From a virus (Duplodnaviria; Caudoviricetes), in IMG/VR virus record IMGVR_UViG_3300004770_000001, positions 1-52,133 of that record: DNA of 52,133 bases, one strand, 5' to 3'. Of the stretch, positions 25,076 to 35,544 are shown one piece after another. The notes under the pieces are model-generated. The model saw nothing but the letters and a program-made list of their open reading frames with translations. It was not told the origin of the DNA and ran no database searches. The translations under genes and the position numbers were made by a program. How positions within the stretch are numbered: the stretch's first letter is position 1; every line of letters begins with the position of its first letter.

Positions 25076-27684
25076 TGGTTACATTATACACCTTTAGAAA
25101 AAGTAATTATTTATACACGGTTTACCGGGATGATACTAACTATGCCCTTGTAAATTACTATTCTACTTATTCGCCGGGCGTTGACAGCCAGCCGCCAGCT
25201 AATACTACTATTTCAGTAGTTTGCGTGCCGGGTACCTACGATCAATATTCCTACAAAACTCAAACTGCCGTTCCTTATGTTTACATTGACATAAACCATG
25301 ATGCTGCGGAATGCGGATACGTGCCGCCAGCTTGTGACGTTGCTATTTCAAGTTTTACAAAAAGCGATCAGACTGCAACGGGCGTAAATGACGGCAGCGC
25401 AAATTTATTTTGTACTTCCTCATCGCCTCCAATAACTTACTACTTATACACATCAGCGGATGTTTTAGTAACTCAAAATACTACCGGGTTATTTACAGGC
25501 CTTGCGCCAGGTGATTACTACATCAAAGCTTATGATACTCGTTTGTGTTATCAGATTCAAACCTTTACTATTTTAGCTTATGATGAAACATCGCAAACGC
25601 ATTGGAAATATCGTTTAGATTTCACAAGTTTAGACGGCCTTACAAGCTGGGAATTGAGGCTTATAGATGTTTTCCATAATTACGATAATACAGTTTACCC
25701 GATTGACATAACAGGGCAAGATGAGCCTATCGTCAAAAAAGTAGCAGATCCAAACGAAGATAAAACGACTTCAATAATATGCACAACGCTGGATATAAAC
25801 CTTGAATATACCGGAAACGATTTTACTATTGAAGAATTTATAGTTCCTGAGCAAAGCTGGAAAGTTGAATTATATAAAGATGGCGTTTTGGACTTTCAAG
25901 GCTGGATTTTGCCGGACGAAACGCAAAACTATTATTCAGATGCCCCCTATGCAGTTACCCTGACAGCTACCGACGGACTGGCAAGCTTAAAGGGCAATCT
26001 TTGGGGAGATGGTTCGGGCGGTCAGGGTTATGGATCGTATCAAATCGCGCAATACGGCTTTACTTCATGGGCGCTTCTTGTTAAACAGTGCTTAGATCAG
26101 TTAGGCTACGATTACGGTAGCACAACTATAATTTCATCGCTTCAATTTGCCGGAACTTATGATGTAAATCTATGGGTTGAAATAGGCATGTGGAGTGATA
26201 TTCTTTACGATTCGTCAGGCATTCCTACCGATACCTATTCTGCATTAGGCTTGCTTTTGGGAGGCTTAAAATTAAGTATCGTCCAGCATAAAGGCTATTT
26301 TGTTTTATTCAATAGTAACGACCTTTTTTATTTAAACAAATCTGCAAGGTCGGCAGACTTTGAAAATGCAGTTTATCAATTAGGCCCGACATTTGAGAAT
26401 ATTGCGGAAACTGGTACAGCGGTAGAGCAACCATTAAATCAATTAATTGGCAAAGATTATCCCGGCATACCAATTAATCCCCCACAAGGTATAAATTACG
26501 ATAAAGCTTATAATATTAAAGAAAGAGTAGATTTTAACTCTTTGGCGTTGCTTTTTACTAATCCGAGTTTTGAAGTTGGCGCCGTTCAGGGTAATTTGCC
26601 ACCTGAATTTCAATTTTATGGACCCACACCCACACCGGCTTATTGTAATTACGACCCAGTAATACCAGGAGTCACAAATTCAGGAGCATTTGACGGTGTA
26701 TGGGAATTACAAACCGAATGGCATACAGCATCAGGAGTCAATGCTCCAGCATTTGGAAGTCAGGCTCAGCTTATTAATCCAATAGTTATTGATCAGCCTT
26801 TGGTTGGTATCAATCTGTCATATCAATGGCGAGGTAATACACCATTTAATTCATATATAAAAATTGGCCCATCAGTAGCTTTAATATTTACCGAAACATC
26901 AACAGGTCTAACATGGTGGTGGAATAATAGGCCAACTCCCGGCCCTGCTTGGAAACCATTTACATCGGAATCCGATATAGGTGCTTTATATGTTGGTGAT
27001 GATGCAACTGATAATAGATGGCACAATTTTACGGTTCAAACAGCATCATTGCCAAATAGTGGAATTGGAACTATTCAAATTATGATAAATGGCCCTGGTT
27101 ACGTTTATACAACCGGCCATGAGCTTCCAGCAGGAACACTAATTTCTGTATCTATTGATGACTTAAATATTACCCAGTACAGTACAATAGTTTCATCAGT
27201 AAATCAAGTAGCTGAAATACATCAGACTGCTAAAGTAGTGGAATTACCAAATTCAAACATTAAAAATCCGAATCTAAATCTTTTTACTTTCCCCACAAAC
27301 AAACGTTGTGCAGGAAATATATTCTATTGCCCGGATATTAGCATTAATTATGCTTCGGGTATCGTTGCTAATACTTGGAATTTCGCTTTGAAAGTTGCTG
27401 ACCCATCAGATAGACTACCTGCGACAATCACAAGGGCATACGCTCGAAACTATGCCCGGCAAATGCTAAAATGGGAAGGTGACGTTAAAACAAACTACCT
27501 GCAATTTTACGGAACGTTCCAAGTCGAATACTTTGATAGTAAAGTTTTTTTAGCATTTTCTATTGAAAGCAAGCTTAGATCAGGCATTCATCATGTGGTA
27601 TTAATCGAGATTGACGATTCCGATGCTCAAAACGTTTACACCTATACACCTGTATATGAGAACAGCGCGAGAACGCTTCAATAG
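25075..27684 (+). CDS. Tail tip/hub protein with N-terminal SprB-like repeat
   Basis: Follows TMP; F.GWI.P...VTLTATDGLASLK motif; SprB-like unit at 25333-25548. Confidence 0.7.
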   Translation: MVTLYTFRKSNYLYTVYRDDTNYALVNYYSTYSPGVDSQPPANTTISVVCVPGTYDQYSYKTQTAVPYVYIDINHDAAECGYVPPACDVAISSFTKSDQTATGVNDGSANLFCTSSSPPITYYLYTSADVLVTQNTTGLFTGLAPGDYYIKAYDTRLCYQIQTFTILAYDETSQTHWKYRLDFTSLDGLTSWELRLIDVFHNYDNTVYPIDITGQDEPIVKKVADPNEDKTTSIICTTLDINLEYTGNDFTIEEFIVPEQSWKVELYKDGVLDFQGWILPDETQNYYSDAPYAVTLTATDGLASLKGNLWGDGSGGQGYGSYQIAQYGFTSWALLVKQCLDQLGYDYGSTTIISSLQFAGTYDVNLWVEIGMWSDILYDSSGIPTDTYSALGLLLGGLKLSIVQHKGYFVLFNSNDLFYLNKSARSADFENAVYQLGPTFENIAETGTAVEQPLNQLIGKDYPGIPINPPQGINYDKAYNIKERVDFNSLALLFTNPSFEVGAVQGNLPPEFQFYGPTPTPAYCNYDPVIPGVTNSGAFDGVWELQTEWHTASGVNAPAFGSQAQLINPIVIDQPLVGINLSYQWRGNTPFNSYIKIGPSVALIFTETSTGLTWWWNNRPTPGPAWKPFTSESDIGALYVGDDATDNRWHNFTVQTASLPNSGIGTIQIMINGPGYVYTTGHELPAGTLISVSIDDLNITQYSTIVSSVNQVAEIHQTAKVVELPNSNIKNPNLNLFTFPTNKRCAGNIFYCPDISINYASGIVANTWNFALKVADPSDRLPATITRAYARNYARQMLKWEGDVKTNYLQFYGTFQVEYFDSKVFLAFSIESKLRSGIHHVVLIEIDDSDAQNVYTYTPVYENSARTLQ

Positions 27685-27688
27685 TTCT

Positions 27689-27707
27689 TTGCAGTTTTGC
27701 AACACGA
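27689..27707 (+). promoter_or_regulatory. Structural-gene upstream motif copy 4 (before second tube-like gene and fibre genes)
   Basis: TTGCA-GTTTT-GCAACACGA. Confidence 0.75.
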
Positions 27708-27766
27708 AAATTAAGCTGTATAAGAAGCATGTTGGGTAAATTTATGCCTGTTGAATAGTGGAATAA

Positions 27767-28444
27767 ATGGCAATAAAGGGTAAGGATTTAATATTAAGTC
27801 TATCCGTTAATGGAGTTGTCAAGCCTTTTTTATATTGTAAGACCTGTACGCTCACCCAAACTGCCGATGTGTTAGAAACGACCACACGCGGATCGGGCAG
27901 CGCACGTTCATACGATTATAATAGAACGTCTTACAAAATCCAGCTTACGAGTCTTGCTGATTTGTTAGATGTAACTTATTCAAGCCTTTATTTACAAAAC
28001 TGCCTGAATAATAGGATTAAGGTAACTTGGAGTTTTAAACTCGATTACACAACTTATTATAGCGGTAGTGCTTTAGTTACATCAGCAGCTATTGATTCGC
28101 CAAACGATGGTGTTTCGACGTTTACGGGGGAGTTAACAGGTGATGGCGCTATCGCTATCGCTGCAACCATTCCTCCAGTAGCAGAAAATTACAATTATAT
28201 CCGGGCGCTTTATGGTGATCCTCGATTCAGCACAAACGGTTTAGGTCAGGTAGTATTTACTGATCCTGCATTGAAAGGATTTACAGGATATCCAATTTTT
28301 GCAACTCAGCTATCTACTTATTTCACTTTAGCAAACATAAGCTACGATTCGGTAGATGGTAGCTTTACTATTCTTTCGGATGGCTTTAGTTTATTAAGCG
28401 GATACGATTTGATCATTTATCCATACCAGGTTCAAGAAACATAA
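27767..28444 (+). CDS. Second tail-tube-like protein with C-terminal extra domain
   Basis: IKGKDL...ETTT...YSGSALVTS...TFTGELTGDG, paralogous to 21972-22409. Confidence 0.7.
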   Translation: MAIKGKDLILSLSVNGVVKPFLYCKTCTLTQTADVLETTTRGSGSARSYDYNRTSYKIQLTSLADLLDVTYSSLYLQNCLNNRIKVTWSFKLDYTTYYSGSALVTSAAIDSPNDGVSTFTGELTGDGAIAIAATIPPVAENYNYIRALYGDPRFSTNGLGQVVFTDPALKGFTGYPIFATQLSTYFTLANISYDSVDGSFTILSDGFSLLSGYDLIIYPYQVQET

Positions 28445-28448
28445 TGAA

Positions 28449-31400
28449 ATGAAAAGGCTTTTATTAATAGTTACCATTATATCAGCATTTGTTACAGCGT
28501 CTTTTGCTCAGACAAAGCCAGTAGCAACCCGTACACCCGATGGCCCTCAGTTTATCGGGGACGCGAATTTAAAAGCAACAAAATATTTAATAGTACCCAT
28601 TTCAAGTGTTACGGGAATAACAGGCGGTACGGTTGATAGTGCAGGATACATCCGATACAATCCATCTACTAAAAACTTTGAGGGTTATTATGGCCCGGTT
28701 CATGGCTGGGGCGCTATTGGTGCTGCATCAGGAAATATTGTAGCAAAAGCCGATAGTAATACTTTTCCTGGTTACGTTACCCGTACAGCTTTAAAAGATT
28801 CATTAGCGAATAACACCCTAATATTTTCAAGACGGTTTAAAAACGTTTCAGGAACGGTTGATTTAGCTATCGGTGACAGTTCGGCCACATCCACAAATAA
28901 CAAACTTGTATTCAAAAATAATAACGGTGATTTAGTCACTCCTAACATCGTGTATGCTGCCGGAAGTACAAATACTATTACTTATACCGGAATGAAAATA
29001 GTTGCTTCAGGTGGGCTGCAAATACCTACCGGAGCAAGTTCAGGGTATGTTTTAACAAGCGATGGATCAGGGAATGCTTCATGGTCGGCAGGTGGAACAA
29101 CCAATATCTATAACCATAACGGCACATTAACAGGTAACAGATATTTTAACGGTGGGTTTCATCAATTGCACCTTGATTCATTGTCCGGGTATTATCAAAG
29201 TGTTGCAGGTACCGACGCTTTGGGAGAAGAAGATGCAACTACTTCATTCTATGGCAATACTAATACTATAAGTTTTTCTTATTGGGGTGGTGATTATTAC
29301 GCATTTTCATCTTCGGATGACGGCACAGGAAATTCAACAATGAACCTTTCGCATCAGCAAGGTTCAAGCTATGAATCCTTTTCGTTTGACAATAATAACA
29401 CAGGTATAAAAGTAATCGATCAATTGGGCGGTTATGGATTAGTTGCTTCAACAGGTGTTGACAGTACCAAAATGGGAACAGGTTCGGCTACTTACGCTAC
29501 AGGAAAATGGGTAATAAACCGAATAAAAAATTATTTTACGGCAGTTGGTGGGGCTACAAGTCAATCAGTAACTTTTAATAACAGCGGTTCAGGTGCTTCG
29601 TCAGGTGCTTTTTTTAACGGTACGGCAGCCAAAACAATTAGCTATAACACAATCGGTGCGCAAGCGGCTTTGAGTGGAACAGGTTTCGTAAAGATTTCAG
29701 GTTCTACGATTAGCTATGATAATTCGACCTATCTAACAACGGCGGCTGCAAGTTCAACCTATCAGCTTGCTTCAAACATCGAAACAACATTAACAAATTC
29801 CACTTATTTATATCCATCAGGAAGCGCAGTCACGGCGGCAATAGCGGCTATTTCAGTACCAACAGGAGCAAACCCGACAGGATCAGCCGGTTTGACTGCC
29901 GTTAACGGTTCTGCAACCACTTTTATGCGCAGTGATGCTGCACCTGCCATTAACCAGGGGATTGCGCCAACATGGACGTCGCAACATAATTATCAGCTTA
30001 ACTCACTCGGTACAACAATCGCGGCATCAAACGCTTCAATTTTTGTAGCCAATACAACAGCAGCCACTTCGGGAACTCAGCAATATTCGCCACTTATTGG
30101 GTGGCAAGCTCAATACTATAATACGACGGCATCTGCATCAAGATCGGTAGCGGCTTATTGGGGGCTTCAATCGCAATCGGGCACTGGATATGCTTACTTA
30201 GCAATGTACGCTTCTATAGATGGTGGTACACCTGCTTATAATGGCGTTGAAATAAGTTTGACAGGCTCTATGATTGCTGGGGCTTATACTTCAAGCAGTA
30301 CGTTTACAACAGCAAATAATGGTATAGGTGTTACTTCTACGGACGGCTATATTATGGCTAACGCCACAGCAGCGACAAACTCACTGGCTCAATGGTCGCG
30401 CAGATCACGGCAAAGCTCATTTTATTGGACTGGATCTACATCAAATCAGGCAGAAGCAACAGAGGAATTGCAAACCACTACCTCAAATACTGCTCAATAT
30501 GTTATTTCAGGGCGTACAGGTGGTTCAGGCTCATTCAATCCATACTTCGGCATAAGTGTAATCAACGGCAACTGGAGCTTAAACGGAACGGCTGGCACGA
30601 CCGGGCAAGTTCCGTCAAGTACAGGTTCGGGAATGCAATGGATAACTCCGATATCTTTAACAAGCCTATCCGCAACAACTCCTTTATCATACAATAACAC
30701 TACAGGTGCTTTTACCATTCAGCAAGCAAGCGGAAGTCAACCGGGTTATTTAGCATCAGCAGACTGGACGACTTTTAATGGCAAACAAGCCGCACTTTCA
30801 GGAACTGGATTTGTTAAAATATCGGGTACGACAATAAGTTATGACAACTCAACTTATTTAACTACCACAACTGCGGCTTCGACATATAGCCCGATTGCAG
30901 GTAGTTCGTCAATCGTTACGGTGGGTTCGCTTACATCAGGATCTATCCCTTATTCACTTTTAAGCGGAACGGTTCCGACATGGAATCAGAATACCACAGG
31001 AACGGCAGCCAATATAACAGCCACATCAAATAGCACCTTAACGACATTATCGGCTTTATCGCTGCCTTATTCACAAATTACAGGCACACCGTCATTATCG
31101 GGTTATATTCCCTATACTGGCGCGACTGGTAACGTGACGCTGGGTAGCTATTCAATCACTGCTTCACAATTCTTAGCTGGCACACTCGGCTATACAGATA
31201 CGGGCATTTTAGGGGCTTTGCAAAGCTCTGTCAATGGGTACAATCAATTCATTATCCAAAACACAAACACAGGATCGTCAGCATCGGCAAATTTAGTATT
31301 GAATAACAGCGCAAGTAGCGCAACGAATTACTACGGTGAAACGGGTATTAATGGCGTTAACTTTTCAAACGGTTCAGGGTCTTTAAACGGGCCGGGTAAC

Positions 31401-31823
31401 GTTTACTTTGATGCAGTTGGTGAAGATATAGTTGTAGGAACTTTCTCAAACAATGCAATTCACCTGGTTGCAAATAATAACGCCACAGACGCAATAACCA
31501 TATCAGGTTCAAATGCTATTTCATTCCCTCAATTAAGCACCAACGGACTATTAAAAACAAGCGGGGGCACTGGGGCTGTAAGTGTTGCGGTGGCTGGAAC
31601 TGATTATGTTTTAGCATCAAACTTTGTTACATCAGAAGTGCCATCCGGAACTATCAACGGTAGCAATACCAGCTTTACGCTTGCCAACACTCCGGTAACG
31701 GGAACTATCAGGCTATTTAGAAACGGAGTAAGAACTACAGCATTTACTGCGTCAGGTAGCACAATCACCATGAGCGCAGCACCATTAACAGGGGATACAC
31801 TTTTAGTTGATTATCAAAAATAA
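28449..31823 (+). CDS. Ser/Thr/Gly-rich tail-fibre-like protein with Sec signal peptide
   Basis: MKRLLLIVTIISAFVTASFA/Q; IRYNP...FEGY, ADWTTFNGKQAAL and internal duplicated repeats typical of phage fibres. Confidence 0.7.
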   Translation: MKRLLLIVTIISAFVTASFAQTKPVATRTPDGPQFIGDANLKATKYLIVPISSVTGITGGTVDSAGYIRYNPSTKNFEGYYGPVHGWGAIGAASGNIVAKADSNTFPGYVTRTALKDSLANNTLIFSRRFKNVSGTVDLAIGDSSATSTNNKLVFKNNNGDLVTPNIVYAAGSTNTITYTGMKIVASGGLQIPTGASSGYVLTSDGSGNASWSAGGTTNIYNHNGTLTGNRYFNGGFHQLHLDSLSGYYQSVAGTDALGEEDATTSFYGNTNTISFSYWGGDYYAFSSSDDGTGNSTMNLSHQQGSSYESFSFDNNNTGIKVIDQLGGYGLVASTGVDSTKMGTGSATYATGKWVINRIKNYFTAVGGATSQSVTFNNSGSGASSGAFFNGTAAKTISYNTIGAQAALSGTGFVKISGSTISYDNSTYLTTAAASSTYQLASNIETTLTNSTYLYPSGSAVTAAIAAISVPTGANPTGSAGLTAVNGSATTFMRSDAAPAINQGIAPTWTSQHNYQLNSLGTTIAASNASIFVANTTAATSGTQQYSPLIGWQAQYYNTTASASRSVAAYWGLQSQSGTGYAYLAMYASIDGGTPAYNGVEISLTGSMIAGAYTSSSTFTTANNGIGVTSTDGYIMANATAATNSLAQWSRRSRQSSFYWTGSTSNQAEATEELQTTTSNTAQYVISGRTGGSGSFNPYFGISVINGNWSLNGTAGTTGQVPSSTGSGMQWITPISLTSLSATTPLSYNNTTGAFTIQQASGSQPGYLASADWTTFNGKQAALSGTGFVKISGTTISYDNSTYLTTTTAASTYSPIAGSSSIVTVGSLTSGSIPYSLLSGTVPTWNQNTTGTAANITATSNSTLTTLSALSLPYSQITGTPSLSGYIPYTGATGNVTLGSYSITASQFLAGTLGYTDTGILGALQSSVNGYNQFIIQNTNTGSSASANLVLNNSASSATNYYGETGINGVNFSNGSGSLNGPGNVYFDAVGEDIVVGTFSNNAIHLVANNNATDAITISGSNAISFPQLSTNGLLKTSGGTGAVSVAVAGTDYVLASNFVTSEVPSGTINGSNTSFTLANTPVTGTIRLFRNGVRTTAFTASGSTITMSAAPLTGDTLLVDYQK

Positions 31824-31824
31824 T

Positions 31825-34800
31825 ATGAAACGGATACTATTTTTTATTGCTTTTTTATTTGCATCAACTTTTGCTTTTGGGCAGGCAGGCAACATTGTAG
31901 CTGGGCAGGTAAATACTTCTGCCTACACGCCGTTGGATACGGGATATATTTCTTTAAACAAGCTCAAAGTAAATAGCACAATAGCTTATTTCGGTAACTC
32001 CATATCTGCAAGAGGCTTGGTGGGTGGTGAGCCTACATCAAAGCCTACCTATTGGAGTGCTTTGGGGTATGCGACATGGACACAACAATTAACCAATTAT
32101 AAGCTATTTGCGCCTCGTTTTTCAGACTCTTTGGCAATATCCGGGCAGACTACTACGCAAATGCTTGCAAGGCTTGGCGCGGCTTTAAATTACAAATTGG
32201 ACGTTGTTGTTATTGAGGCCGGAACAAACGATATAGCAACAGGTGCATCATCACAGACAATAATCGACAACCTGCAAAATATAGTTAATGGATTTGTGGC
32301 AAACGGAACACGGGTTTATATCCTAACCGTAATGAAAAGATGGTCGCCAGCGACTTTTACAAGCGGACAGGAAACAATAAGACAGGCGGTAAATACAGCG
32401 ATACTTGGCATGGCTACCACAATGGTAACGCCGATAAATCTTGAAAATGCGATGAATAGTTCAACCCTTTTCGGGTCGGATGGTATTCATCCAACATCAA
32501 CAGGTGCTTATACTATTGCTACTTTATTAGCTCCCAAAATTCAAACTTATTTACCGACAAATATCAGCATAACTGATAATATCGGCAGCGATAATAACTT
32601 GGTAACAAATGGTAACTTACTTGCAGGTACTTCGGGAACGACCACAAGTGCAAGCGGTACGGTGGTATCAAACTTTAATCTGAATGGTACTAATGCAGGG
32701 GGTGGTACAATTACAGGATCAGTCACAAATGCCAATAATGCCAATCAACAGGTTATTACTTTATCCGGAACGTACACTTATTCAGCATCAAATGGGTGCA
32801 GTCTTTATAGTGGATTGGTTGCAGCTTCAAATCTTTATGTTAACGATGAATTGGAGGGGTATGTTGATTTTGAAATCACCACTCCTTTAACCAACGTACA
32901 GGCTATTTACTTACAAAATGGTATTTATGATGGTAGTTCAACTTTATTGGCATCGGGCTATACCAACTATTATGCAGGTGATAATCCGATATATCCTTTG
33001 GGTAATGGCAGGTATCAAATGAGAACGCCACCTATCACAATTACAACAGGCACACCGACACAGATTGACGCAAAAATTACCATTTTATTTAATGAAGCAT
33101 CAGGGTCATTGGGCGGTGTTGTAAGGATTTGGAAAGTAGGTTTAAGAAAGATTGTCAATAAATCATACGCTACACAATTTCCGGGACTCAATACCAACGG
33201 TATTTTACACCTATATGGTGGAAACGGAACGGCTTATAGCGCGCCACTTAGTTCAGGTGACTTACCTGCGGGTGTTGCTTTCCTTGCATCGGCACAAACC
33301 TTTACAGGGTTAAACCAGTTCAACGTTACTAACACGGCTACATCTGGCAGCCAATATGGCTTTCAAATTAACCCTACATATAACCAGGCATCGGGAACGG
33401 GAACAAATACCGACCTTTTAATTAACCGAACGGAAACGGCTATAATGTCGGGGACTCAGTTATTAGAGGATTTACAGGTAGGCGGTACTTCTAAATTTAG
33501 TGTTTCAAGAACAGGGGTTGTAACGGCAGCAAATACAATAACTACGCCAACGATTCAAACACCGGCGGTAACAACCGCATTAGGCTCTAACTCATCGTTA
33601 ATTTCGTTGGGCGCAAATGGTACATCGGTGGTAAGGAATATTAGCGATGCAAATTCGGCGTTTTTTGTAAATAATAAACTGGGAACTGGTGATATTCAAG
33701 ATTGGCAGTTTGCTACATCAAACGTAGCTACAATGGGTTATAATGGTAAGTTTACTTTGAATGGTAGTATAAGCGCATCATCGAGCCTTGCACAGGGTAT
33801 ATTTGCTAACCATACCCTAACAGCAGTAGCAAATAATGACGTTTTGGTTGAGGGTGATTTTAACCCAACCATTGCGGGTGTAGGTATCATATCAACTTTG
33901 GGGTCGGTGACAGGCGGTTCATCTTATACCAACGGAACTTACACTAACGTTCCCTTAACAGGTGGTAACGGTTCAGGCGCACAGGCAACGGTAGTTGTTT
34001 CAGGCGGTGCTGTTTCGACGGTGACAATAACCACAGCCGGAACAAGGTATGTTGTGGGTGATATTCTTTCCGCAGCAGCAGCAAATATTGGTGGTACAGG
34101 TTCGGGATTTAGCGTCCCGGTAGCAACATTAACCCAAACGGTAACAGGTGCGGTTTTAAGGGCTACTGTAAGCAATATTGGTCAGGGTAGTGGTTCGTCA
34201 GGTTCATGGTCAGATGGATTGCTGATGTTAAACTCTACAGCAGCAACAGCTACACTAACTCAAAACGCGCCGGGAATACATTTTTCATCTTACGGATGGA
34301 ATACAGGTTCATCAGCATCACAAGTTTTTGATAGCTATATAGTAAGTTCAGCGCAAACAGGTGCAACATCACCGGGGGGTAATATTGGTTTTATATTCTA
34401 CCAAAACGGCACTAAATCTGGAACGTCATTTGCTTTTGCCCCGTCACTTGCTTCGTTCACATCAGCACAGCTACAATTAACCCACTCCGCACAAGGCGCA
34501 ACGGTATTTACAAGTTTGGCCCTATTAAACACAACAGCATCAACAGTAGGTACACCTAACCAATGGACTAACCAATATTATCAGGAGGGAACTGTCTGGA
34601 ATACGGGCGGAACACCCGCGAATAACCCATTTGCTTTTGGTTTAATTGGTGAGGGTACATCAAGTGCTAACCCTTACGCATCATGGTATTTTCAGACTTA
34701 TTTAGGCACAAGCAATACCCCGACATTTGTGAATATGGCATCATTTACCACGCAAGGGCAGTTTAACTTAGCATTAGCTAATAGCAACGTTCAGGCAGGA

Positions 34801-35544
34801 TCACAGGCGGGTACAATCTTTAACATCGCTGCATCAACGGTAACAGATAACTCCACAGCATCGGGTACAGTAACAAATTTCGCGGTTATCGGAACAGGTC
34901 TAACCACATTAGCAGCAACCAACGCAAGTATTACTTATACCAATGGGTACGGTGCTTTCTTTACACAGCCAACAAACGGCACTAACGTAACCATGACGAA
35001 TAAATATGCTTTAGGTCTTGCTTACGATGCTACCCACTTAGCTACGTTCGCTGTAAGTTCGGCAGGTTTACTTACAATTAACGCCACAAGTACAATAACA
35101 ATAACCCCCGCAACAACATTTAGTACTACAGTTTCAGGGCCGACAGCATCGACGTTAACAAATACAACCCAATTAGCCACTACAGCATACGTTATAAACA
35201 ACGTTCTTACAAAGAGAACCGCACAGGCTATAAACGCCACAGCGACCGCTACAGCAGCGCAAATGGCAGCAGGGTACATTACGTCAACATCAGCAGCAGC
35301 GACTACCATAACTTTTCAAACGGCAACGGCTTATGCAACAGGCTTGGGTGCAGCAGCAGGGTCGACGGCAGATTTATACATAGACAATACAGCAGGTGCA
35401 AATACGGTGACAATAGTGTTAGGCTCAGGTATGACAGGCGTAAATAGCCCATCATTAACGGTTTCTACGGGTGCATCGGGAATTGCCCTATATCACTTTA
35501 CATTTTCGTCAACATCAGCTTGTACAGTAGTAAGATTACAATAA
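31825..35544 (+). CDS. Fibre/spike-like protein with signal peptide and SGNH (GDSL) hydrolase domain
   Basis: MKRILFFIAFLFASTFAFG/Q; FGNSI, SGQTT, GTND, DGIHP; NTTQLATTAYV fibre motif. Confidence 0.75.
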   Translation: MKRILFFIAFLFASTFAFGQAGNIVAGQVNTSAYTPLDTGYISLNKLKVNSTIAYFGNSISARGLVGGEPTSKPTYWSALGYATWTQQLTNYKLFAPRFSDSLAISGQTTTQMLARLGAALNYKLDVVVIEAGTNDIATGASSQTIIDNLQNIVNGFVANGTRVYILTVMKRWSPATFTSGQETIRQAVNTAILGMATTMVTPINLENAMNSSTLFGSDGIHPTSTGAYTIATLLAPKIQTYLPTNISITDNIGSDNNLVTNGNLLAGTSGTTTSASGTVVSNFNLNGTNAGGGTITGSVTNANNANQQVITLSGTYTYSASNGCSLYSGLVAASNLYVNDELEGYVDFEITTPLTNVQAIYLQNGIYDGSSTLLASGYTNYYAGDNPIYPLGNGRYQMRTPPITITTGTPTQIDAKITILFNEASGSLGGVVRIWKVGLRKIVNKSYATQFPGLNTNGILHLYGGNGTAYSAPLSSGDLPAGVAFLASAQTFTGLNQFNVTNTATSGSQYGFQINPTYNQASGTGTNTDLLINRTETAIMSGTQLLEDLQVGGTSKFSVSRTGVVTAANTITTPTIQTPAVTTALGSNSSLISLGANGTSVVRNISDANSAFFVNNKLGTGDIQDWQFATSNVATMGYNGKFTLNGSISASSSLAQGIFANHTLTAVANNDVLVEGDFNPTIAGVGIISTLGSVTGGSSYTNGTYTNVPLTGGNGSGAQATVVVSGGAVSTVTITTAGTRYVVGDILSAAAANIGGTGSGFSVPVATLTQTVTGAVLRATVSNIGQGSGSSGSWSDGLLMLNSTAATATLTQNAPGIHFSSYGWNTGSSASQVFDSYIVSSAQTGATSPGGNIGFIFYQNGTKSGTSFAFAPSLASFTSAQLQLTHSAQGATVFTSLALLNTTASTVGTPNQWTNQYYQEGTVWNTGGTPANNPFAFGLIGEGTSSANPYASWYFQTYLGTSNTPTFVNMASFTTQGQFNLALANSNVQAGSQAGTIFNIAASTVTDNSTASGTVTNFAVIGTGLTTLAATNASITYTNGYGAFFTQPTNGTNVTMTNKYALGLAYDATHLATFAVSSAGLLTINATSTITITPATTFSTTVSGPTASTLTNTTQLATTAYVINNVLTKRTAQAINATATATAAQMAAGYITSTSAAATTITFQTATAYATGLGAAAGSTADLYIDNTAGANTVTIVLGSGMTGVNSPSLTVSTGASGIALYHFTFSSTSACTVVRLQ

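Noticed and set aside
29266-35309. Short antisense and alternate-frame ORFs inside the large fibre genes
   Set aside because: Expected by-products of Thr/Ser/Gly/Ala-rich codon usage; no start context or motifs
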